NCBI RefSeq assembly: GCF_006345805.1
Contig: NC_043025.1
Span: 8,618,001-8,682,000, forward strand
DNA: 64,000 nt
Direction of reading: 5' to 3'
From: Octopus sinensis
Lineage: Eukaryota
Positions 9,821 to 23,380 of this stretch are shown piece by piece; the first letter of the stretch is position 1, and every line of letters begins with the position of its first letter. The notes under the pieces were generated by a model that saw only the letters and a program-made list of their open reading frames with translations, ran no database searches and was not told the origin of the DNA. The position numbers were made by a program, and so were the translations under genes.

Positions 9821-12408
9821 ATCCTTTCTACTACAGGCACAAGGCCTGAAATATATGGGAGAGGGGGTGGGGGGGTTAGTCGATTTCATCAACCTCAGTA
9901 TTTAGCAGGTACTTAATTCATCAACTCCAAAAAGGATGAAAGGCTAAGTCAGTCTTAGTGGGATTTGAACTCACAACATGAAGACGGACAAAATATCACT
10001 GAGCATTTTGCCTGGCATGCTAACGAGTCTGTCAGTGCACCGCCTTAATAATTATAATAACATCATCATCATCATCATTGTTTAACGTCTGTTTTCCGTG
10101 CTAGCATGGGTTGGACGGTTCAACCGGGATCTGGGAAGCCAGGAGGCTGCACCAGGCTCCAGTCTGATCTGGCAGTGTTTCTACAGCTGGATGCCCTTCC
10201 TAACGCCAACCACTCTGAGTGTAGTGGGTGCTTTTTACATGCCACCGGTACAGGTGCCAGGGGAGTCTGGCAGCGGCCACGATCGGATGGTGCTTTTAAC
10301 ATGCCACCAGCATGGAAGCCAGTCAAGGCGGCACTGGCATTGGCCATGTTCGGATGGTGCTTTTTACGTGCCACCGGCACAGGGGCCAGAGGAGGCTGGC
10401 AATGGCCATGATCGGATTGGTGCTTTTTACGTGCCACCGGCACAACAATAATAATAATCTTTTACTTTTTACTTGTCTCACTCATTTGCCTGTGGCCAAA
10501 CTGGGGCACCGCCTTGAAGGGTTTTAGTCAAATAAATCGACCCCAAGGCTTATTTTTCTCTAAAGCCTCGTACTTATATTGGTTTCTTTTGCTAAACCGC
10601 TAAGTTATAGGGACGTAAACACACTAACATTGATAGTTAAGTGGTGGTGGGGGATAAACACAGACACAAAGATGTACACACAGATATATACACAACAGGC
10701 TTCTTTCAGTTTCCGTCTACCAAATCCACTCACAAGGTTTTGGTTAGCCCGAGGCTATAGTAGAAGGCACTTGCCCAAGGTGTCGTGCAGTGGGATTGAA
10801 CCTGGAACCATGTGGTTGGGAAGCAAGCTTCTTACCACACAGCCATGCCTGTGCCTAATAATAATAATAACAATAATAATAATATTATTGGCGTTAGGAA
10901 GGGCATCCAGCTGTAGAAACTCTGCCAGATCAGACTGGAGCTTGGTACAGCCTCCTGGCTTCCCAGATCCCGGTCGAACCGTCCAACCCATGCTAGCATG
11001 GAGGACGGACATTAAACAGTGATGATGATGAGGAGGAGGAGGTAGTGAGGTAAAAAGCACCCAATACACTCACGGAACAGCTGTAGAAACACTGCCAGAT
11101 CAGACTGGAGCTTGGTGCAGCCTCCTGGCTTCCCAGACCCCGGTCGAACCGTCCAACCTATGCTAGCATGGAAAACGGACGTTAAATGATGATGATGATG
11201 ATGAATCCTTTCTAATCTAGCCACAAGGCCCAAAATTTTGGAGTGGGGGGGGCTAGTCGATTACATTGACCTCTGTACTCAACTTGTGCTTATTTTATCG
11301 ACCCTGAAAGGATGAATCGTAAAGCTGACTTTAGTGGTATTTGAACCCAGAACATAAAGAACCAGAAGAAATGCTGCGAAGCATCTTGTTTGATGCATTG
11401 AGGATTCTGCCAGTTCACTGCATAGAAACTAAAAAAAAAAAACATGAGGTCAGTTAAGTCAAAGGTCAAAAGGTCAAGACAAAATGGCCCTCAGCATAAT
11501 ATATCAATTCTATAAATGCACAAGCATGGCTGTGTGGTTAGGAAACTCGTTTTACAACCACACCGTTCCAGGTTCAGTCCCATTGCACAGCACCTTGGGC
11601 AAGTGGTTTCTGCTATAGCTTCAGGCTGACCAAAGCCTGGGAGAGGATTTGGCTAGCAGAAGTTCCGTGTGTGTTTACATATGTGTGTAATTACTTGTAC
11701 TTGTACTTTTGGCGACATCCACCCTGGGTGGGTTGAGTCAGCTTCTTCTGCCACCCTCGAGGCATCTCGAACCATGGCAGTGGAAGAAGTCTCGTGGGAA
11801 TATGTGGATTTCACAAGCGGTCCCCAACAATCCCGCATGTAGAGACATCCTGTTTGCGGCAGATTGTCCGCAGACTCAGGGACAGAACGACCGAGGAGCC
11901 GCCGGTTGCCAAAACAGACACTCCGAGGATTTTCACCAGAGCCCTGTCTGTCGGGTTGTGGCCCTAATACCTAATTAGGCCCTAATTACCCACAAGGGGT
12001 TAAACATAGAGGGGACAAACAAGGACAGACATAGGTATTAAGTCGATTACATCGACCCCAGTGCGTAACTGGTACTTAATTTATCGAACTCGAAAGGATG
12101 AAAGGCAAAGTCGACCTCGGCGGAATTTGAACTCAGGACGTAACGACGGGCGAAATGCTGCTAAGTATTTCGCCCGGCGTGCTAACGATTCTGCCAACTT
12201 GCCGCCTTAATACCACTTGGTATCAGACCAATCCGCCTTGGGTGGCCCTAACAGGAACCAAAGTTCCCGACGGCATAGTTCTGACACTACCAGTTGCCAG
12301 CGTCCCCACCACGGTGAGGAGGGGCTGGATTTTGGGGACATATGTGTGAGAAAGTGTTTGTGTTGTGTCTTTTGACAGATTGGAAGGGATGTCTGGAAAG
12401 ATACTCAC

Positions 12409-12517
12409 TTCTCAAGAGTGTTTGACACTGTAAGTGAGGTGATGTTGGTCACCTCGGAATAGCCGACCACTTCCGAATTATCTTCATCCACAATGTCCAG
12501 CAATAAAAGATTCATAT
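12409..12517 (-). CDS. C2CD3: C2CD3 coding exon 3
   Basis: (D)MNLLLLDIVDEDNSEVVGYSEVTNITSLTVSNTLE(N), part of the N-terminal C2-like domain. 109 bp, acceptor tttccag, donor gtgagt, phases 1/2. Confidence 0.88.
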
Positions 12518-14553
12518 CTGGAAACAGAGAGAGAAAGACAAAGAGAACAAAGTAAAAAGAAGACCATCACTTAAAATCCGTTTTCCATGCTGGCATGGGT
12601 TGGATGGCTTGACCAGAGCTGGTAAGGCCAGGGTCCACACTAGGCTCCACTGTCATGGTCACCATGACCGGATGCCCTTCCTAATGCTGACCACTCCATA
12701 GAGAGAACAGGGTGTTTTTTATGATGCACCAGCAGAAGTGCATTTTATGTGGGACCACCACCAGCGCTTTTCATGTGGGACCAGCATGAGTGCTTTTCAT
12801 GTGGTACTAGCACTGGTATTAATTCTGCTGTGGCAGACCAGCCTTCTTCAAAATGTGCCAGATATCTCAGTCCTTAGATATCATCATCATCATTGTTTAA
12901 CATCTGCTTTCCATGCTAGCATGGGTTGGACAATTTGACTGAGGGCTCCAGTCTGATCTGGCAGAGTTTCTACAGCTGGATGCCCTTCCTAATGCCAACC
13001 ACTCCGATCTCACTTGAATCTTTTTACACATGCCACCCGCACAGGTGCCAGTGAAGCGACTTTGGTAACGATCACGCTCGAATGGTGCCCTTTTACACGC
13101 CACAGGTACAGAAGCCAGTTAGCCACTCTGGCAACGATCACGCTCGGATGGTTCTGTTGGCACCCTTCTAGCACAGGCACAAGTGCCAGTAAGGCGACCC
13201 TAGTAACGATCACACTCGAATGGTGCCTTTTATGTGCCACTGGCACGGAAGCCGGTTTGCCGCTCTGTCAACGATCACAATCGTATGGTGCTCTTTGCAC
13301 CCCTCTAGTACGGATGCCAGTCATAGAATTTGATTTTGATTTCACTTGCCTCAACAGGTCTTTGCAAGCAGAGTTTAGAGTCCAAATGGATTGGATTGTG
13401 TATGTTGAGTCTACTGCAGAATGAAGGCTTCAGCATGTTCTCTACACCAACCTCAGTCCAATGTGAAGGGCATGAACTGAAGCTTGAGATCATTTTGAGC
13501 TTGAGGTCAAACTGGTTTCATGAGACAACTCTGCTACATTAGCTTAACGTGGCTTCACAGGGAGATGCACATTTTTCGGGGTTTTTATAATAATATTCAT
13601 AGTCAGGAGTAGTTAAGTCAATTACATTGACCCCTGTGTTCAACTGGTACTTACTTTACCCACCCTGAAAGGATGAGAAGCAATGTTGGCTTCAACAGAA
13701 TTTGAACTCAGAATGTAAAGATAGATAAAATGCTTCTAAGCATTTTGTCCAATGTGCTAACAATTCTGCCAGCTTATCGCCTTACATACATATGATTGAT
13801 TGATTGATTGATTCTAGTTTCAGCTTATGAGATGTGGCCATGCTGGGGCACCGCCATTTATATATATAAAAAATTAATAAATAAAACATATGGATATATA
13901 CATACATATATGTACGTACCTACCTCTACATGTATATATACACGCAGCGCCGCCTCAACTGGCTCCAGTGCTGGTGGCACATAAAAAGCACCATCCGAAC
14001 GTGGCCGATGCCAGCGCCGCCTTGCCTGCCTTCCGTGCTAGTGGCATGTTAAAAGCACCAACCGATCGTGGCCGATGCCGGACTCCCCTGGCACCTGTGC
14101 CGGTGGCATGAAAAAGCACCCACTACCCTCGTGGAGTGGTTGGCGTTAGGAAGGGCATCCAGCTGTAGAAACACTGCCAGATCAGATTGGAGCCTGGTGC
14201 AGCCTCCTGGCTTCCCAGACCCCGGTCGAACTGTCCAACCCGTGCTAGCGCGGAAAACGGATGTTAAACGATGATGATGATGATGATGACACCAAAAAAA
14301 ACGTTGAACACAATGAGAAACGAAAACATAAACACAAAACCAAGGAACTGGACATTTTTCTTAAACAACGAAAAAATAGAGTACAGGACATACAAAACAA
14401 GGAAAATTCCCCTTCTTCAGTCGCCATGGTTTCATCTACTCTGCGTTTCGAAGGTAACGGGAAAGTTTACGAAAATAAACAAAAGACGAAGGCAGGTGGA
14501 GTACAAACAAACAAATGTATTAGTACAGCGCTCAGGAATAGATATAGAAAAAG

Positions 14554-14591
14554 TCTTTTACGTTTCGAGCCTACGCTCTTCGACAGAAAGA
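14554..14591 (-). ncRNA. Hammerhead-like motif with variant core (CUGUCGA) inside a Penelope-like repeat (~14380-14650)
   Basis: tcttt-CTGTCGA-a-gagc-gtag-gctc-GAAA-cg-TA-aaaga: stem I 5 bp, stem II gagc/gctc, palindromic ACGT stem III. An inverted family member lies at ~61780-61970 (motif 61842-61879, +). Confidence 0.5.
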
Positions 14592-14649
14592 TACACAGAA
14601 AAGAAACAAGGAGAGAAAAAAATGCGTGTAGGAGCTAACGATCTATCAT

Positions 14650-14652
14650 GGC

Positions 14653-14735
<83 letters not shown>

Positions 14736-14737
14736 AT

Positions 14738-14768
<31 letters not shown>

Positions 14769-14938
14769 CACACACACATATATATATATATAACACATAT
14801 AAATATATATATATATATATACATGTATATATATATATATGTATGTATATATATTTATGTGTGTGTATATATATATATGTATGTATATATATTTATGTGT
14901 GTGTATATATATATATGTGTGTGTATATATATATATAC

Positions 14939-15000
<62 letters not shown>
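14650..15000. repeat. (TA)n/(TG)n compound microsatellite
   Basis: Read directly; it produces spurious YI/IY/VC ORFs. Confidence 0.95.
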
Positions 15001-15001
<1 letters not shown>

Positions 15002-15430
15002 ATGGATTTCTATTGGATCAGGGTTTAGCTGGGATTAAAGAACAACTAGATAATGTAGTCCTAGAAACATTGTAGCTGGATATAAGATGGGATGGTCATG
15101 ACTGGAACATCTCTGATCATAGGTCTACTGGACATGGCTTGATTGAGTGTTAAACAGAAACAGAAACGAACAAGTATATGGTCCCAATTCTATTATCCCA
15201 GTCAGCTGTGATCCAACTAATTACTGCACTTCAAAAAGGTTCGTTATCCACAAGTATTGATTAAATAAAACAACAGGAGTGGCTGTGTGGTAAGTAGCTT
15301 GCTTACCAACCACATGGTTCCGGGTTCAGTCCCACTGCGTGGCACCTTGGGCAAGTGTCTTCTACTATAGCCTTGGGCCGACCAAAGCCTTGTGAGTGGA
15401 TTTGGTAGACGGAAACTGAAAGAAGCCTGT

Positions 15431-15463
<33 letters not shown>

Positions 15464-15707
15464 ATATGTGTCTGTGTTTGCCCCCCCCCCCCCCAACATC
15501 GCTTGACAACCGATGCTGGTGTGTTTACGTCCCCGTGATTTAGCGGTTCGGCAAAAAGAGAGCGATAGAATAAGTACTGGGCTTACAAAGAATAAGTCCT
15601 GGGGTCGATTTGATCGACTGAAGGTGGTGCTCCAGCATGGCCGCAGTCACATGACTGCAACAAGTAAAAGAGTAAAAAGAGAGTAAATTGAAGAAGGCTG
15701 AAATTAC

Positions 15708-15805
15708 CATTTAAATATGATGCAAACTGCTTTGGTCCTGACCGTATTGGGTACCTCGCTGTGGTTTTCAGTCTGGTCTTGACGGGGTTAGATACATCTA
15801 AGGGC
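15708..15805 (-). CDS. C2CD3: C2CD3 coding exon 2
   Basis: (R)PLDVSNPVKTRLKTTARYPIRSGPKQFASYLN(D), matching C2CD3 [20 protein letters not shown]. 98 bp, acceptor tttttcag, donor gtaatt, phases 2/1 fit both neighbours. Confidence 0.93.
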
Positions 15806-16087
15806 CTGAAAAATTAAACAATAAACAATATATCCCTTGTGTTATATTTGTTCCCGCCGAGTAGCACAGGCAGTCCTTTGTAACCATTACCATTTTAAAT
15901 GTAGTGGCATAAGACCACCTCACCCCCATGCCCCCTCCCCTCTCAAAAATTCTTTGTCTTGCAAGTTACTTAGTAATCCTGCTGGTGCTGCTGCCACATA
16001 AAAAAAAAAAACATCCAGTCCACACTGTGAAGTGGCCGGCATTTGGAAGGGCATCCAGCTGTAAAAATCATGCCAAAACTGACCTCA

Positions 16088-16715
16088 CGTGTTTGTTCCT
16101 TCTCGAGCCATGCCTGGCTCATAAGGGCCGGTTTCCCGGTTTTCTTGGTGTATAGGTTCCCCACCTGGACGGGACGCTGGTTCATCGCAGGTGAGCTGTA
16201 AGATGCCGGAGGAAAGAGTGAGAGAAAGTTGTGGCAAAAGAGTCAGCAGAAGTTCGCCATTACCTTCTGCCGGAGCCGCGTGGAGCTTAGGTGTTTCGCT
16301 CATAAACACACACATCACCCGGTCTGAGATTTGAACCCGCGACTATGAGTCCGCTGCTCTAACCACTAGGCCATGTGCCTCCACTATGTGTATGTGTGTA
16401 TGTGTATGTTTTTTGTTTGTTCCTTCTCGAGCTATGCCTGGCTCATTAGGGCCAGTTTCCGGATTCTTGGCGTATAGGTTCCCCACCTGGACGGGACGCC
16501 AGTCCATCACAGGTGAGCTGCAACATGCCAGAGGAAAGAGTGAGAGAAAGTTGTGGCAAAAGAGTCAGCAGAAGTTTCGCCATTACCTTCTGCTGGAGCT
16601 GCGTGGAGCTTAGGTGTTTCGCTCATAAACACACACATCGTCCAGTCTGAGATTTGAACCCGCGATCCCTCGACTATGAGTCCACTGCTCTAACCAGTAG
16701 GCCATGTGCCTCCAC
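16088..16715 (-). mobile_element. Two tandem tRNA-derived SINEs (family 5)
   Basis: Head tggaggcacatggcctagtggttagagc and B box gggttcaaatctc, internal gcgatggaccggcgtcccgtccagg. Other copies at 25318-25800 (-) and 37084-37390 (+). Confidence 0.8.
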
Positions 16716-16891
16716 ATGACCTCACGTGTAAAAAGCATTCAGTCCACTCTATGGGGTGGTTGGTGTTAGGGAGGACACCCAGCTATGAAAAACATGCCAC
16801 AACAGAAACAGAAGCCTGGGGTATTCCTGGCCGACCCCTGTCAGACCATGCCAGCATGGAAGATGGACGATAAATGACAATTATGATAATA

Positions 16892-16928
<37 letters not shown>

Positions 16929-17017
16929 CCCACTGATTGACCGGCTGGAAACTTGTAATAAATATTGATGTTCACAAAATTTCTGTAGTCTTGTTATGCT
17001 TTCACAGGTTTTCAACA

Positions 17018-17487
17018 CTGGGCAATGTCCATTCTGGGAAATGTCCAGTCTGGGCAATGTCCATTCTGGGCAATGTCCATGCTGGGCAATGTCCATGCTG
17101 GGCAATGTCCATGCTGGGCAATGTCCATTCTGGGCAAAGTCCATGCTGGGCAATGTCCATTCTGGGCAAAGTCCATTCTGGGCAATGTCCATGCTGGGCA
17201 ATGTCCATTCTGGGCAATGTCCATTCTGGGCAATGTCCATGCTGGGCAATGTCCATGCTGGGCAATGTCCATTCTGGGCAATGTCCATGCTGGGCAATGT
17301 CCATTCTGGGCAATGTCCATGCTGGGCAATGTCCATGCTGGGCAATGTCCATTCTGGGCAAAGTCCATTCTGGGCAATGTCCATGCTGGGCAATGTCCAT
17401 GCTGGGCAATGTCCATTCTGGGCAATGTCCATGCTGGGCAATGTCCATTCTGGGCAAAGTCCATTCTGGGCAATGTCCATTCTGGGC
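17018..17487. repeat. 16-bp minisatellite ctgggcaatgtccat(t/g), about 29 copies
   Basis: Read directly. The unit has no stop codon in any frame, which explains the six overlapping ORFs in the track. Confidence 0.95.
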
Positions 17488-17643
17488 ACTGCCTGCAAAC
17501 ACTTTGCTGACAAGGGGAAACAACTCAAGTGTTAGTTGCTCAGTTATCTATACAGCTCTCCAGCAGAAGATACTCGAAGCTGACAGTAGGGGGCCATCTT
17601 ATTTCTTTACTGCCCACAAGGGGCACACAACCACTCATACGCC

Positions 17644-17674
<31 letters not shown>

Positions 17675-17895
17675 TTAATCCAAACAAGAAAGCACAAAAA
17701 AAACACAACAACGCGAGGACGTGAAACAAATATAGTATTATTGGACGCTCAGGAAAGAAGGAGGGTTTAATGTTTCAAGCGGAGCTCTTCGTCGGAAACA
17801 TAGAAGAAGGAAAGATCCAGAGAAGGGAAGACAGAGGAAAAAAATCGCCAACGGTACACACGCGGTCACATATGTATGTATATATATGTATGTGA

Positions 17896-18196
17896 TCACG
17901 TGACCGACCAGACCATCAGATGTTGCTACACATCGCTGGTCACAATGCGTTCGCATTGCTTTAGCCTTCGAATGACGCCACCCTGCTGGCTAAGCGAGCA
18001 GGCCAACAGCAGAAAGAGTGAAAGAAAGAGTGGTGAAAGAGTACAGCAGGGATCGCCACCACCCCCTGCCGGAGCCTCGTGGAGGTTTTTAGGTGTTTTC
18101 GCTCAATAAACACACACAACGCCCGGTCTGGGAATCGAAACCGCAATCCTACAACTGTGAGTCCACTGCCCTAACCACTGGGCCATTGCGCCTCCA
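17896..18196 (-). mobile_element. tRNA-derived SINE (family 4) ending in tcacgtga
   Basis: Head tggaggcgcaatggcccagtggttaggg and B box ggtttcgattccc. Other copies at 55803-56075 (-), 59296-59575 (-), 60081-60385 (+) and a related one at 53108-53400. Confidence 0.8.
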
Positions 18197-18199
18197 CTA

Positions 18200-18209
18200 T
18201 GTATGTATG

Positions 18210-18285
<76 letters not shown>

Positions 18286-18691
18286 ATATATATGTGCATA
18301 TATAAATTTTATATAATTAGGGCTTAGTAAAATAAATTACTTTACCACATACTGAACTTTCTAGAAATAGCAGCCAAATAAGTTTTTTACCTTTTCCACT
18401 ACTTAAAGAAATTTTCTCTCAGACAATGTTTACTCAAAAAAATAATGGTCCTTTTACATACTGAATACTTGGTGAAATTGATTAATAACTAATTAACTTT
18501 ACCCTCAATTGTTGATATATATATATAGTAATATATATGTATATATATAATATATGTATATATGTATATGTATGTGTGTGTGTGTATATATATATATGTA
18601 TATATGTGCGTGTGTATATATATATAATATATATATATATATTTTATTTTATATATATATGTATATATATATATATGTATATGTTGATATG

Positions 18692-18729
<38 letters not shown>

Positions 18730-19274
18730 GAGTGTACGCGAGTATGTCGATGTATATGTAGGTATGTAGAGTTATGTGTATGTGCATGTATGTGTGTGTA
18801 TATACAGATTGTAGATGGGTATTATGTGTGTGTGTATGTGTGCACATGTATATGTGTATATATATGTGTGTGTATATATATATATATATATATAGTGTAT
18901 ATATTATATATTATATATGTATATGTGGGTATGTAGAGTTATACGTATGTGCATGTGTATATGTATATGTATATGTGTATGTGTATGTATGTACATATGT
19001 GTGTTGGTGTGTGTGTGTGTGTGTGTAAATGTATGTATATGTATATATATATATATGTGTGTATGTGTAGGTGTGGGTATATATATATATGTGTGTGTGT
19101 GTGATGTATATATGTGTGTGTATGTATATATGTGTGTTATATATATGATATAATAATATATATATATATATATAATATATATATAATATAGATATATAAT
19201 ATGTGAATATGTGTGTATTGTACATGTGTGTATGTGTGCATGTGTATGTGTGTATGTATATGTATATATGTATA

Positions 19275-19317
<43 letters not shown>

Positions 19318-19415
19318 ATGTATATGCATGTAATGTGTATGTGCGTGTATGTGTATATGTGTATGTATGTATATGTATGTATGTGTATATATGTATATGT
19401 ATGTATGTATGTGTA

Positions 19416-19446
<31 letters not shown>

Positions 19447-20187
19447 GTATGTATGCATATGTATATGTGTATGTGTATGTATTTGTATGTGTATGCATGC
19501 GCGTATATATATGTATACGTGTGGGTGTGTGTATGTGTGTATATATGTATGTATGTATGGGTGTATGTATGTATGTATGTATGCGGATGTGTGTATATAT
19601 ATATGTATAGTATATTATGTATATATGTGTATATATATATATCTATGTATATTATATATCTGTGTGTGTGGTATATGTGTATGTATATATATATATGTGT
19701 TATATATATGTATGTATGTATTTGTATGTAGGTGTATATGTATGTGTGTATATATATTTGGTGTATATGTATAGACTAGTCTTCTAAGATTGTAGACATG
19801 AATCTGTAGGTACGCGTATGTATGTGTATATACATGTATGTATGTAGATGTATGTATGTATGATATAACGCGTCCGTGCGTGTATGTGTATGAGTGTACG
19901 AATGAGAGTGTGTGTGCGTGCTAATGAGTGTGCGTGCGTGAGTGAGTGCTTGTGCTCAAGTAGAAAGATAAAAGGGACTAGCCAAGATGTTTGTGACCAG
20001 CGTCAAAGATAACAAAAGTAATAAATGAAGATAATAAAATTAAAATTAGGGAATGGGTTTGTAAGTGTATGTTATATGTGTGTATGTGTAGGTATGAATA
20101 GGTCACCGATGTATGTTTTTGTATATATATGTATGTGTGTGTGTGTGTGTATACATACATATATGTGTATGAATGGGTACACATATG

Positions 20188-20248
<61 letters not shown>

Positions 20249-20595
20249 AACATACATATTGTGTATATTATATAGTATATAGGGACTTGTGTGTTGTGTG
20301 TGCATGTGGATATGTGTGTGTATGTGAGTATGTGTATGTGTGTGTATGTATATATTTTTTTTGTGTGTATGTGTATGTGTGGTCGTGTGTGTGTATATAT
20401 ACATGTGTGTGTGTATATGTATATGCATGTATATGTGTATGTATGTATATGTATATGTATGTATATATATATATGGATATATATATGTAGATATATGTAT
20501 GTATATGTGTGTGTGTGTATATATATATATTTATATATATATATATATGGGTGTGTGTGTATGTATGTGTGTATGTATATGTGTGTGTGTTGAGA
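18200..20595. repeat. Very long degenerate (TA)n/(TG)n/(TATG)n tract with short interruptions
   Basis: Read directly; about 2.4 kb inside a C2CD3 intron. Confidence 0.95.
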
Positions 20596-20879
20596 ATTTC
20601 CTTATTTACCTCTATTCTTCTATATAATTTTATATTTTATTTTTTTATTCTTTTTTTATTCTTTTATTTATTCTTCTATCTAATTTACCACTGACTCCTT
20701 GACCACTCCCCCAAGTATGATTTTTTTGCGCTATGCCTACCCCCAAAAAGTCCCCCACCACCACCCCTATAAACCTGCCTAAATGTATAAATGCCAATAC
20801 AATTCTTGTTAACTAGCTTCCTGAAGATTTCTCTTGAATGAAACAGTTCTAATCCTGTAGAAGCTCCTTCTATATAATA

Positions 20880-20955
<76 letters not shown>

Positions 20956-21250
20956 CACATACAGGTGTATTTGTGTGTCGTGCCTGTCACCACCACTACT
21001 TAATAACCATTGTTAGTTTGTTTACATTTCTGTAACTTAGCAGTTAGGCAAAAGAGTTGATAGAACAAGTACGACACTTTATAGAAGACATAAGCACCGG
21101 GATTAGTTTGCATGACTAAAAACCTTCCAAGATGGTGCTCCAGCATGGCTGTGGTCTAATGATTGAAACAAGTATAGAATAAAAGATTTGAACCCATGTA
21201 CACCTAGTCCACAGTCCAGTATCCTAACCACACAACCACAGAATACATAC

Positions 21251-21438
21251 CTGAAATTTGTGCCAGAACCAATCTCCCCCCACCAGGTGAGGTGGACGAG
21301 GGTCCTGGCAGGGTGATCTGGCACCGACCATTCAATCCTGGGGATGCACAAACAAAGGAAACATCGGAGATGGCCCTCAACTTGGGGTGGAAGAGCTGTA
21401 CTGACGGGAACATGGCAGCTGAGGGATGTCCCAGACAT
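21251..21438 (-). CDS. C2CD3: C2CD3 first coding exon (exon spans 21446-21251; putative ATG at 21438)
   Basis: Translates MSGTSLSCHVPVSTALPPQVEGHLRCFLCLCIPRIEWSVPDHPARTLVHLTWWGEIGSGTNF(R). This resembles the C2CD3 N-terminus as I recall it (STSLPPLVEGQLRCFL...WWGE). Acceptor tttttcag, donor gtatgt, ends in phase 2. The start codon is inferred; an upstream coding exon is not excluded. Confidence 0.9.
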
Positions 21439-23120
21439 TGGCAGATCTGAAAAAGACAGAAATATAATATAACAATAATAGTACGACACTGATCAGGAAC
21501 GGGTGTAGTGAGGGAGCATCATAGCCATGTGTTGAGAGGGGTTCTTTGGAAACATAGGTGTTTTGTTCTACTAAACAACCCTTATTATTCAGGGGCCTTT
21601 TGAGTGGGATGGGCTGCTCAACCTGAACAAAAATTATGAGCCATACCTGCAAGGTCATGCGCCGTTTATCTTGATACGAGATTACCATGTTGCGCACATA
21701 TGGTTGTAATGCATGTACCTGGTGTATCCTTATCAGATGAGTAGTCATGATGGATATATTGGGAGTTATATATTTGTACTCGTGTCATTTTGATGGCATA
21801 CCCAACTTTCTGACTCAATAATAATAATAATGATAATAATAATGGTTTAAAATTTTGCCACAAGGGCAGCAACTAGGGGGGAGGGTACTTATTTTATTGA
21901 CCCTGAAAGGATGAAAGGTGAAGCTAATGAGAAGGTGATCTCTGTCCGTCACATCATCTATGTAGAGAGGGAAAAAGGGGAAGAATCAAAATGGGAGATA
22001 ACTTCAGTCACACCATATATTTAGAAGAGGAGAAAAGTTGTTGAAAGAGAAATACAATGAAAGAGAGAGAGAGAGAGAGTGATAGTTAGATAGAAAGATA
22101 CATAGACAGACAGACAGAAAGATAGACAGTGTTGTCAACATAGTAACTAACAAGTTTTGATTAAAAACGTGGGAAGTTTAAGTGCAAATCTGTCAACACA
22201 ATGCAACACAGACTTCAAAAAAATAACATGTATGCATATAATACATAGTTATTTTTTTGGTTGCATGTGCTTTTCCCGCTGTGCTTGAGGAGACCTGTTG
22301 AATCAAGTACATGAACATGAACATCGAAATAAATATCAATGGAAATAGTAGTTGTGATACCTGTGCCGGTGGCACATAAAAAGCACCATCCGAACGTGGC
22401 TGATGCCAGCGCCGCCCCGACTGGCTTCTGTGCCGGTGGCACATAAAAAGCACCATCCGAACGTGGCCGTTGCCAGCGCCACGTTGGCTGGCTTCCATGC
22501 CAGTGGCACGTTAAAAGCTCCAACCGATCGTGGCCGATGCCGGACCCCCCTGGCAACTGTGCAGGTGGCACATAAAAAGCACCCACTACACTCGCGGAGT
22601 GGTTGGTGTTAGGAAGGGCATCCAGCTGTAGAAACACTGCCAGATCAGACTGGAGCCTGGTGCAGCCCCTGGCTCCCAGACCCCAGTCGCACCGTCCAAC
22701 CCATGCTAGCATGGAAAAGACGTTAAACGACGATGATGATGATGTGTGTGTGTGTGTTTCTGTATGTCTTTCAACACACAGACAATGCAACACATTGTAT
22801 ATCTGTGTTTGTCCCACCACTACCACTTGACAACTAATGTTGGTGTGTTTATGTCCCTGTAACTTAGCAGTTCGGCAAAAGACACCATTAGAATAAGTAC
22901 TAGGAATACAAAGAATAAGTTCCAATTTCTTCTACTTAAGGCAGTGCTCCAGTATGGCTACAGTCAAATGACTGAAACAAAAGAATATATGTCGTTAAAA
23001 TATATTATCGTTTACATACCTTTTGTAAATCACGTGCATATACACACACACACACTCAGCTTGAGGAAAATATTTTATAAGGGAGTGAGAAAGTTTACCA
23101 CGAGAAAATGAAAGTATGTG

Positions 23121-23184
<64 letters not shown>

Positions 23185-23288
23185 GCAGAGAGAGATGTCT
23201 TTTGTTGCTGTCACAGATTTTGAAATTTTAGAAGAAATTTTCAAATCTGAGAATGGATTTAGTACATGGAAACTGAAAGAAGCCTGTC

Positions 23289-23319
<31 letters not shown>

Positions 23320-23380
23320 GTGAGAGAGAGAGAGAAAAGAAGAGAGAGGAGAAAGTATGCCGTTAAAATAAATTATCGTT

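Noticed and set aside
16881-17770. 150-277-aa repeat ORFs on both strands
   Set aside because: All arise from a stop-free 16-bp minisatellite inside a C2CD3 intron whose flanking exons already join in phase.
1671-21446. Expected FBXO15 as the divergent partner of TIMM21
   Set aside because: The minus-strand exons encode C2CD3 motifs (LPPxVEGxLRCFL, WWGE, GPKQFxSYL) and no F-box.
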